From a virus (Duplodnaviria; Heunggongvirae; Uroviricota; Caudoviricetes): 6,093 bases of DNA. The position numbers and the translations under genes are program-made. This document shows, piece after piece, positions 1-5,508 of the stretch. Position 1 is the first letter of the stretch. Each line of letters opens with the position of its first letter. Under the pieces are notes generated by a model. It made no database searches. It saw nothing but the letters and a program-made list of their open reading frames with translations, and was not told the DNA's origin. The stretch lies in the IMG/VR virus record IMGVR_UViG_3300014514_000015; one strand, written 5' to 3'.

Positions 1-33
1 TTCCATCGGAAACGATGATCTGGCAGCCTGAGT

Positions 34-138
34 TCACAGATAAAACACTCTCCAGGAAACCCGGGGCGGTTCAGTTCCTTCCGGGGCGGAGTTGTTTGAA
101 ATAACGGTTGAGGTATTTCCCTGAATTGTGACAGACAT
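34..138 (-). CDS. flxA: Short ORF of 34 codons whose first 22 residues (MSVTIQGNTSTVISNNSAPEGT) match my recollection of the FlxA N-terminus; appears truncated or divergent relative to the ~110-aa FlxA
   Basis: ATG at 138-136 (minus) preceded by AAGGAG Shine-Dalgarno (151-146, 7-nt spacer) and a sigma-28-type promoter; in-frame TGA at 36-34. Not in the ORF track because it is under 60 aa. Confidence 0.4.
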   Translation of the reverse strand: MSVTIQGNTSTVISNNSAPEGTEPPRVSWRVFYL

Positions 139-161
139 AGATTTCTCCTTTTAAAAAAGCA

Positions 162-188
162 CTATCGGCATGCACAAAAAAATCTTTA
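162..188 (-). promoter_or_regulatory. Sigma-28 (FliA) class promoter upstream of the flxA-like start
   Basis: Minus strand reads TAAAGATT-N11-GCCGATAG against consensus TAAAGTTT-N11-GCCGATAA (7/8 in each element, exact 11-bp spacing), about 25 bp upstream of the SD. Confidence 0.55.
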
Positions 189-340
189 ATCGTATTTCTT
201 GTGTCATTAATTGTTTGATGTTCAGATTGTTTTCCTCGCGGGCTGGCGCGCCTCAGAAAGTAAAGCTTGTTGACAGGGGTAAACGTTCGGCAATAATTTT
301 CTGCCGCATGCGGGTGTTGCATAAAACGTGTTACGTTCCT

Positions 341-646
341 TTATCGACAGGTCAGGTCACCGCTCACCCGCCGACGAGAAAGCAACACTGACATGCTAAA
401 GCAAAAAATAGATGAATAAGTTGAGTTGTGCATATGTAGCCTGACCGTCACAAAGTATATGGTGTCTGTACCAGTAAGATGATGGCCGGACTCTTTAAAA
501 ACGAGCTGACCTGCACAATACAGGATGGACTTAGCAATGGCTGCTCCTGGCACAAAGCGGACAGTGATCACCGTTCTTACGACTACTTTCTGACTTCCTT
601 CGTGACTTGCCCTAAGCATGTTGTAGTGCGATACTTGTAATGACAT
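341..646 (-). CDS. Hypothetical 101-aa ORF, possibly YdfV-like; coding status doubtful
   Basis: ORF track only; length matches my recollection of Qin YdfV (101 aa) and the position between flxA and relB fits. No Shine-Dalgarno, and its start overlaps the relBE operator. Confidence 0.2.
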   Translation of the reverse strand: MSLQVSHYNMLRASHEGSQKVVVRTVITVRFVPGAAIAKSILYCAGQLVFKESGHHLTGTDTIYFVTVRLHMHNSTYSSIFCFSMSVLLSRRRVSGDLTCR

Positions 647-660
647 TTGTAATTACAAGA
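607..660 (+). promoter_or_regulatory. relBE promoter with overlapping relO operator
   Basis: -35 TTGCCC (607-612), 17-bp spacer, -10 GATACT (630-635). Operator CTTGTAATGACATTTGTAATTACAAGA (634-660) contains a perfect 12-bp palindrome TTGTAATTACAA (647-658) and 8-bp inverted arms CTTGTAAT/ATTACAAG. SD AAGAGG at 658-663. Confidence 0.6.
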
Positions 661-670
661 GGTGTAAGAC

Positions 671-910
671 ATGGGTAGCATTAACCTGCGTATTGACGAT
701 GAACTTAAAGCGCGTTCTTACGCCGCGCTTGAAAAAATGGGTGTAACTCCTTCTGAAGCGCTTCGTCTCATGCTCGAGTATATCGCTGACAATGAACGCT
801 TGCCGTTCAAACAGACACTCCTGAGTGATGAAGATGCTGAACTTGTGGAGATAGTGAAAGAACGGCTTCGTAATCCTAAGCCAGTACGTGTGACGCTGGA
901 TGAACTCTGA
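671..910 (+). CDS. relB: RelB antitoxin (RelB/DinJ family), 79 aa
   Basis: Translation MGSINLRIDDELKARSYAALEKMGVTPSEALRLMLEYIADNERLPFKQTLLSDEDAELVEIVKERLRNPKPVRVTLDEL is near-identical to E. coli RelB as I recall it; SD upstream; stop overlaps relE start (TGATG). Confidence 0.95.
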   Translation: MGSINLRIDDELKARSYAALEKMGVTPSEALRLMLEYIADNERLPFKQTLLSDEDAELVEIVKERLRNPKPVRVTLDEL

Positions 911-1197
911 TGGCGTATTTTCTGGATTTTGACGAGCGGGCACTAAAGGAATGGCGAAAGCTGGGCTCGACGGTACGTGAACAGTTGAAAAAGAAGCTGG
1001 TTGAAGTACTTGAGTCACCCCGGATTGAAGCAAACAAGCTCCGTGGTATGCCTGATTGTTACAAGATTAAGCTCCGGTCTTCAGGCTATCGCCTTGTATA
1101 CCAGGTTATAGACGAGAAAGTTGTCGTTTTCGTGATTTCTGTTGGGAAAAGAGAACGCTCGGAAGTATATAGCGAGGCGGTCAAACGCATTCTCTGA
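910..1197 (+). CDS. relE: RelE mRNA interferase toxin, 95 aa
   Basis: Translation MAYFLDFDERALKEWRKLGSTVREQLKKKLVEVLESPRIEANKLRGMPDCYKIKLRSSGYRLVYQVIDEKVVVFVISVGKRERSEVYSEAVKRIL matches E. coli RelE; translationally coupled to relB. Confidence 0.95.
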   Translation: MAYFLDFDERALKEWRKLGSTVREQLKKKLVEVLESPRIEANKLRGMPDCYKIKLRSSGYRLVYQVIDEKVVVFVISVGKRERSEVYSEAVKRIL

Positions 1198-1268
1198 ACC
1201 AAAGCATGACATCTCTGTTTCGCACCGAAGGTGACACTTCTGCTTTGCGTTGACAGGAGAAGCAGGCT

Positions 1269-1424
1269 ATGAAGCAGCAAAAGGCGATGTTAATCGCCCT
1301 GATCGTCATCTGTTTAACCGTCATAGTGACGGCACTGGTAACGAGGAAAGACCTCTGCGAGGTACGAATCCGAACCGGCCAGACGGAGGTCGCTGTCTTC
1401 ACAGCTTACGAACCTGAGGAGTAA
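1269..1424 (+). CDS. hokD: Hok-family membrane toxin HokD (RelF), 51 aa
   Basis: Manual translation MKQQKAMLIALIVICLTVIVTALVTRKDLCEVRIRTGQTEVAVFTAYEPEE is a hydrophobic Hok-type peptide; SD AGGAG at 1255-1259. Under 60 aa, so absent from the ORF track. Confidence 0.85.
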   Translation: MKQQKAMLIALIVICLTVIVTALVTRKDLCEVRIRTGQTEVAVFTAYEPEE

Positions 1425-1493
1425 GAGACCTGGCGAGGGAGAAATCCCTCGCCACCTCTGATGAGTCAGGCATCCTCAACGCACCCGCACTTA

Positions 1494-1519
1494 ACCCGCT
1501 TCGGCGGGTTTTGTTTTTT
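1494..1519 (+). terminator. Rho-independent terminator closing the relBE-hokD operon
   Basis: Stem CCCGC/GCGGG with TTCG tetraloop (1495-1508) followed by TTTTGTTTTTT. Confidence 0.7.
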
Positions 1520-1591
1520 CCTGGCATTCTGGTTTACAATTCGCACGTCAGCCTGAACACCTGACACCTGCTGCGCCAGCAGAGAAAACAG

Positions 1592-1864
1592 ATGGCGCAC
1601 AAAACCAAATTTCACAATTCTGATACCGACCTTGCCATCCGGCATGAGCGGCGTTCACACGCATTTAAAACCGACTGGTACCAACACCCACCATGTACTG
1701 AAGAACAGGCCGAATGGCTAATTCATAACTACCGCAGACGCGGATACGAGATTAAGAAAGCCCTCAGCCTCGATTATCGTCACTGGATAATCTATGTCAG
1801 GCTCCCTTATTCCGAACGCCCACCGCGCCCATCCCGCACATACCAGCAACGGATCTGGAGGTAA
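1592..1864 (+). CDS. Hypothetical protein, Rem-like by position (90 aa)
   Basis: ORF directly downstream of hokD, as rem is in Qin; basic and proline-rich C-terminus; stop at 1862-1864 abuts the next gene's start. Confidence 0.4.
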   Translation: MAHKTKFHNSDTDLAIRHERRSHAFKTDWYQHPPCTEEQAEWLIHNYRRRGYEIKKALSLDYRHWIIYVRLPYSERPPRPSRTYQQRIWR

Positions 1865-1865
1865 C

Positions 1866-2915
1866 GTGCGGATATTACTTCGACCTGTTCTGGTACCGGA
1901 ACTCGGGCTTGTGGTCCTTAGGCCGGGCTGTGAATCCATGCAAGTATTTCATAACCCTCGAGTGCTGGTGGAGCCTGAACCGAAAAGCATGCGTAATCTG
2001 CCGTCCGGGGTCGTTCCTGCCGTTCGCCAGCCGCTGGCGGAGGATAAATCATTACTGCCATTTTTCAGCAATGAGCGTGTGATTCGTGCTGCTGGCGGCG
2101 CTGGTGCACTGTCTGACTGGCTGTTGCGCCATATTAAATCCTGCCAGTGGCCACACGGTGATTATCACCACAGTGAAACCGTCATTCACCGTTATGGTAC
2201 CGGCGCAATGGTGTTGTGCTGGCACTGCGACAACCAGTTGCGTGACCAGACATCCGAATCACTCGAGCAACTTGCTCATCAAAACCTGTCAGCATGGATG
2301 ATTGACGTCATCGGTCACGCAATAAGCGGTACGCAGGAGCGTGAATTATCTCTGGCTGAATTATCCTGGTGGGCGGTCCGCAATCAGGTGGCGGACGCGC
2401 TACCGGAAGCGGTATTACGTCGTTCGCTGGGGTTGCGTGCGGAAAAAATCCGCTCAATGTACCGTGAAAGCGACATCGTACCGGGAGAGCAGACCGCCAC
2501 CAGCATACTGAAACAGCGCACAAAAAATCTTGCGCCGCTGCCTCACGCCCACCAGCAACAGAACCCACCACAGGAAAAGACGGTGGTCAGCATTGCCGTT
2601 GATCCTGAGTCTCCGGAATCTTTCATGAAACGACCTAAACGTCGCCGCTGGGTTAACGAGAAATACACACGCTGGGTGAAGACACAGCCGTGTGCGTGTT
2701 GTGGTAAGCCAGCCGACGATCCCCATCACCTGATTGGTCATGGTCAGGGCGGAATGGGGACAAAATCTCACGATATTTTCACGCTACCGCTGTGTCGGGA
2801 GCATCACAACGAGCTTCATGCGGATCCTCTGGCGTTCGAAGAAAAGCATGGTTCTCAGGTTGATTTAATTTTTCGTTTTCTTGATCACGCCTTTGCAACT
2901 GGCGTGCTTGGGTAA
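1866..2915 (+). CDS. DUF968 / YdfU-like prophage protein with a Cys/His-rich C-terminal region (NinG-like position)
   Basis: Long ORF. GTG at 1866 gives 349 aa, with GGAGG at 1857-1861; alternative starts are ATG 1794 and ATG 1938. C-terminus carries QPCACCGKPADDPHHLIGHG...LPLCREHHNELH. Confidence 0.65.
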   Translation: MRILLRPVLVPELGLVVLRPGCESMQVFHNPRVLVEPEPKSMRNLPSGVVPAVRQPLAEDKSLLPFFSNERVIRAAGGAGALSDWLLRHIKSCQWPHGDYHHSETVIHRYGTGAMVLCWHCDNQLRDQTSESLEQLAHQNLSAWMIDVIGHAISGTQERELSLAELSWWAVRNQVADALPEAVLRRSLGLRAEKIRSMYRESDIVPGEQTATSILKQRTKNLAPLPHAHQQQNPPQEKTVVSIAVDPESPESFMKRPKRRRWVNEKYTRWVKTQPCACCGKPADDPHHLIGHGQGGMGTKSHDIFTLPLCREHHNELHADPLAFEEKHGSQVDLIFRFLDHAFATGVLG

Positions 2916-2927
2916 AAGAGGTGACTG

Positions 2928-3287
2928 ATGCTCATAGATTTGGTTTTACCTTACCCGCCGACGGTGAACACTTACTGGCGACGCCGTGGCAGCACATATT
3001 TTATCTCGGAGGAGGGAAAGCGTTATCGCCGGGCTGTGGCGCTTATTGTTCGCCAGCAGCGGCTGAAATTAAGCCTGTCCGGACGGCTGGCAATAAAAAT
3101 TATTGCAGAGCCACCGGATAAGCGCCGTCGTGACCTGGACAATATCCTGAAAGCACCACTGGATGCGCTGACGCATGCCGGACTTCTCATAGACGACGAG
3201 CAGTTTGATGAAATCAATATTGTGCGCGGTCAGCTCGTTCCTGGTGGGCGGCTGGGGATAAAAATCACAGAACTGGAGTGCGCATGA
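2928..3287 (+). CDS. rusA: RusA-family Holliday junction resolvase, 119 aa
   Basis: N-terminal motif LPYPPTVNTYWRRRG and the DKRRRDLDN acidic catalytic motif typical of RusA; SD AAGAGG at 2916-2921; stop overlaps Q start (ATGA). Confidence 0.85.
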   Translation: MLIDLVLPYPPTVNTYWRRRGSTYFISEEGKRYRRAVALIVRQQRLKLSLSGRLAIKIIAEPPDKRRRDLDNILKAPLDALTHAGLLIDDEQFDEINIVRGQLVPGGRLGIKITELECA

Positions 3288-3973
3288 ATAACCAGTATTT
3301 ACAGTTTGTGCGTGAGCAGCTCATTATCGCCACCGCTGATTTGAGTGGGGCAACAAAAGGTCAGCTTGAAGCCTGGCAGGAGAATGCCATGTTCGATACA
3401 GGGCGTTACAGGCGAAAAAAAATCCGGTACCGCGATGAAGTGACTGGAAAAATGATAACGCGGGATAATCCACCAATCCCGGGAAAACAATCACTGGCGA
3501 ATGGCTCATCAATTGCCCTGGTCAGCCCGGTTGAGTTTTCGACATCATCATGGCGGCGGGCTTTGCTGTCTCTTGAAGAGCATCATAAAGCCTGGTTGTT
3601 GTGGTGTTACGGCGAGAGTATTTGTTGGGAATATCAGATCGCGATAACACAGTGGGCGTGGAATGAATTTAATACTCAATCCGGTACCAGAAAAATTGCA
3701 GGGAAAACGCAGGAACGCCTGAAAAAATTAATCTGGCTGGCGGCGCAGGCAGTAAAAGCAGAACTTTTTGGTGGGGAAGGTTATGAATACCAGGAGCTGG
3801 CATTACTGGCGGGAGTGACAACTAAAAACTGGTCCAAAACATTTACTCGTCACTGGGTTGCAATGAAACACATTTTTCAACGACTGGATAGTGAGGCTTT
3901 ATTGTTTGTAATGAGAACACGTTCAAAACAAAAGGCGGCATTTTCAAAGCAAAGTGTTGCAAAAGTAGATTGA
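3284..3973 (+). CDS. Late-gene antitermination protein Q (lambdoid Q family), about 229 aa
   Basis: Position immediately upstream of a late promoter and terminator, translation resembling Qin-type Q proteins; ATG 3284 with GGAG at 3275-3278. The ORF track starts at in-frame GTG 3278. Confidence 0.75.
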   Translation: MNNQYLQFVREQLIIATADLSGATKGQLEAWQENAMFDTGRYRRKKIRYRDEVTGKMITRDNPPIPGKQSLANGSSIALVSPVEFSTSSWRRALLSLEEHHKAWLLWCYGESICWEYQIAITQWAWNEFNTQSGTRKIAGKTQERLKKLIWLAAQAVKAELFGGEGYEYQELALLAGVTTKNWSKTFTRHWVAMKHIFQRLDSEALLFVMRTRSKQKAAFSKQSVAKVD

Positions 3974-3985
3974 AAGGCATATATT
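3957..3985 (+). promoter_or_regulatory. PR'-like late promoter overlapping the end of Q
   Basis: -35 TTGCAA (3957-3962), 17-bp spacer, -10 TATATT (3980-3985). Confidence 0.45.
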
Positions 3986-4036
3986 TCATGCAAATCTGAT
4001 ATTTTGCCGATTTTGTACGTGATGGCAAAAGCAAAC

Positions 4037-4063
4037 AAAACCCGCCCACAAGCGGGTTTTTTT
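4037..4063 (+). terminator. tR'-like rho-independent terminator, the expected target of Q antitermination
   Basis: AAAA-CCCGC-CCACAA-GCGGG-TTTTTTT: 5-bp GC stem with flanking A and T tracts. Confidence 0.7.
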
Positions 4064-4145
4064 GTGCCACTTATCTCGGATAGACATGGTGAATGCGCTG
4101 GTGGAGGAGCTAAGGGTGATTTTTAACCAGGTGATTTTTGAATGC

Positions 4146-4174
4146 TTGCAACATTGATTTCGTAACGTTATTAT
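4146..4174 (+). promoter_or_regulatory. Sigma-70 promoter for the tRNA operon with a GC-rich discriminator
   Basis: -35 TTGCAA (4146-4151), 17-bp spacer, -10 TATTAT (4169-4174), then CCTGCGCC before the first tRNA at 4184. GGTGATTTTT direct repeat at 4115-4124 and 4130-4139 just upstream. Confidence 0.5.
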
Positions 4175-4183
4175 CCTGCGCCC

Positions 4184-4259
4184 GGCCCTTTAGCTCAGAG
4201 GTGAGAGCGAGCGACTCATAATCGCCAGGTCGCTGGTTCAAATCCAGCAAGGGCCACCA
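4184..4259 (+). tRNA. ileZ: tRNA with CAU anticodon, probably Ile2 (lysidine-type, ileZ-like), 76 nt
   Basis: Cloverleaf folded by hand: acceptor GGCCCTT/AAGGGCC, anticodon loop CTCATAA, T-arm GCTGG-TTCAAAT-CCAGC, encoded CCA. Ile versus Met cannot be decided from sequence alone. Confidence 0.85.
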
Positions 4260-4266
4260 TCACATA

Positions 4267-4343
4267 CCGCCATTAGCTCATCAGGATAGAGCACCAGCCT
4301 TCGAAGCTGGTTGCGCGGGGGTCGAGTCCTCGATGGCGGTCCA
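4267..4343 (+). tRNA. argN: tRNA-Arg with UCG anticodon (argN-like), 77 nt
   Basis: Acceptor CCGCCAT/ATGGCGG, D-loop with A20, anticodon loop CTTCGAA (C35 present), encoded CCA. The T-loop GTCGAGT and the C1-G72 pair are atypical. Confidence 0.75.
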
Positions 4344-4356
4344 TTATCTGTACCCT

Positions 4357-4433
4357 GCGTTGTTAGCTCAACCGGACAGAGCAATTGCCTTCTAAGCAAT
4401 CGGTCACTGGTTCGAATCCAGTACAACGCGCCA
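4357..4433 (+). tRNA. argO: tRNA-Arg with UCU anticodon (argO/argU-like), 77 nt
   Basis: Acceptor GCGTTGT/ACAACGC, anticodon loop CTTCTAA, T-arm ACTGG-TTCGAAT-CCAGT, discriminator G, encoded CCA. Confidence 0.85.
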
Positions 4434-4447
4434 GACTTATTTTTCCC

Positions 4448-4473
4448 GGCTCGCTTTTGCGGGCCTTTTTTTT
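4448..4473 (+). terminator. Rho-independent terminator after the tRNA operon
   Basis: 7-bp stem GGCTCGC/GCGGGCC (one G-U pair), TTTT loop, followed by eight T. Confidence 0.75.
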
Positions 4474-4673
4474 AAATGTCTCACAATTCAGACGGTTGAC
4501 AGTTGTCTGTTTTGCGGGGAGTTTGTTAAAAGAAACTGGCATGGTGAATCCCCCTGTGCGGAGGGGCAATCAGCGAGTAGGTATATGGGATAATCGCGGA
4601 TTCAGGTGCTGGTACTGAATTCACCGGGAGGCACCCGGCACCATGCAGTTGACTGAAACCATGTATACTCTCA

Positions 4674-4703
4674 GGCCCCACGCACATGTGTTGGGGCCTT
4701 TTT
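4674..4703 (+). terminator. Rho-independent terminator in the cargo slot
   Basis: Stem GGCCCCA/TGGGGCC with an 11-nt loop, followed by TTTTT. Confidence 0.55.
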
Positions 4704-4709
4704 ACATGC

Positions 4710-4776
4710 AAAAAAAAGCCCGCATATGGATACGGGCGGCAAGGAACAAAAAACGTGAAGTGATCTATTCAGCCAG
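4710..4776 (-). ncRNA. Candidate small RNA of about 65 nt on the minus strand (predicted promoter-to-terminator unit)
   Basis: Minus-strand promoter -35 TTGCGC (4809-4804), 18-bp spacer, -10 TATTAT (4785-4780). Minus-strand terminator hairpin GCCCG-N10-CGGGC (4737-4718) followed by eight U (plus-strand A run 4710-4717). No ORF with a ribosome-binding site. Confidence 0.2.
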
Positions 4777-4874
4777 TGGATAATACCCTGACGTTACCAT
4801 ATTGCGCAATCGCGCATTCTTTCTTTTTCGCTCCCCTTATAACTACGCCATCCGTTCGCTGCGGAGGTGAGGCT

Positions 4875-5090
4875 ATGAAATCCATGGATAAAATTTCAAC
4901 GGGCATTGCCTACGGCACCTCCGCAGGCAGTGCTGGCTACTGGTTTTTACAGTGGCTTGATCAGGTCAGTCCGTCACAGTGGGCTGCGATTGGTGTACTG
5001 GGGAGTCTGGTTCTGGGCTTCCTGACATATCTGACTAACCTGTATTTCAAAATCAGAGAGGACCGTCGTAAGGCTGCACGGGGAGAGTAA
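4875..5090 (+). CDS. Phage 21 S-type pinholin/antiholin with dual start (71-aa form from Met1, 68-aa form from Met4)
   Basis: Translation [71 protein letters not shown] with two transmembrane segments; SD GGAGGTGA at 4864-4870. The ORF track extends it to 4776, but that upstream part has no SD. Confidence 0.9.
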   Translation: MKSMDKISTGIAYGTSAGSAGYWFLQWLDQVSPSQWAAIGVLGSLVLGFLTYLTNLYFKIREDRRKAARGE

Positions 5091-5094
5091 TTCA

Positions 5095-5445
5095 ATGACT
5101 CAAAACTATGAACTGATTGTGAAAGGGATCCGCAATTTTGAGAATAAAGTTACGGTAACTTTAGCGTTACGGGACAAAAAACGCTTTGACGGTGAAATTT
5201 TTGACCTGGACATCTCGCTGGACCGTGTTGAAGGTGCCGCGCTGGGGTTTTATGAGGCAGCAGCCAGAAGGAGCATCAGACAGGTCTTCCTGGATGTTGC
5301 TGCCGGGTTATGTGAAGGGGATGAGCAGTCGCCGGAAAAGCGCCCCGTAATTTTAGAGGCGCAGAATGTGTGGATAACCTACAAAGGAAAGCTACCAGGA
5401 AGAATTACTGGTTCTCTGAAGACTCCTCCGGAATCACAACCTTAA
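5095..5445 (+). CDS. DUF1327-type hypothetical protein (YdfR-like) between holin and endolysin, 116 aa
   Basis: ORF with SD GGGAGAG at 5081-5087, 7-nt spacer; N-terminus MTQNYELIVKGIRNFENKVTV resembles my recollection of Qin YdfR; conserved position between S and R. Confidence 0.6.
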   Translation: MTQNYELIVKGIRNFENKVTVTLALRDKKRFDGEIFDLDISLDRVEGAALGFYEAAARRSIRQVFLDVAAGLCEGDEQSPEKRPVILEAQNVWITYKGKLPGRITGSLKTPPESQP

Positions 5446-5508
5446 GTCACTGACCGGAACAGATAAACCTGTCCGTGGGCAGAAACCGATAAATCCTGAT
5501 AAATATCC

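Noticed and set aside
71-391. ORFs 71..322 (minus, 83 aa) and 170..391 (plus, 73 aa)
   Set aside because: They overlap the well-supported flxA-like start and sigma-28 promoter in other frames, have no SD, and show odd composition; likely spurious.
1206-1253. Possible mok-like overlapping frame upstream of hokD
   Set aside because: The only upstream ATG (1206) gives a 15-codon peptide ending before hokD, in the same frame rather than overlapping; not a mok equivalent.
1086-1402. Minus-strand ORFs 1086..1280 and 1181..1402
   Set aside because: Antisense to relE and hokD, no ribosome-binding sites; typical shadow ORFs.
1718-2771. ORFs 1718..1939 (minus), 2086..2301 (plus), 2308..2571 (minus), 2454..2771 (minus)
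   Set aside because: All lie within or antisense to the DUF968/YdfU-like gene, which has the coherent long frame; no independent start signals.
2921-3512. ORFs 2921..3121 (plus), 3023..3217 (minus), 3299..3490 (minus), 3324..3512 (minus)
   Set aside because: Alternative-frame or antisense ORFs overlapping RusA and Q; RusA and Q have recognisable motifs and coupled starts.
3843-4070. Minus-strand ORF 3843..4070 (75 aa)
   Set aside because: Spans the Q 3' end, the PR'-like promoter and tR'; no SD; antisense artefact.
4496-4501. Consensus TTGACA hexamer after the tRNA terminator
   Set aside because: No acceptable -10 element at 16-19 bp spacing; probably a chance match.
4238-4711. ORFs 4238..4426, 4363..4569 (minus), 4385..4618 (plus), 4526..4711 (minus), and an unlisted 46-codon plus ORF at 4643..4783
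   Set aside because: They run through tRNA genes or terminator hairpins and lack ribosome-binding sites.
4474-4874. Shiga toxin or cold-shock cargo genes in the Q-to-holin slot
   Set aside because: No ORF resembling StxA/StxB or Csp proteins is present; the slot is non-coding here.
4776-5090. 104-aa extended holin ORF from the track
   Set aside because: The upstream 33 codons have no SD, whereas ATG 4875 has GGAGGTGA at ideal spacing and gives the canonical 71-aa S21 form; the extension is an in-frame read-through of intergenic sequence.
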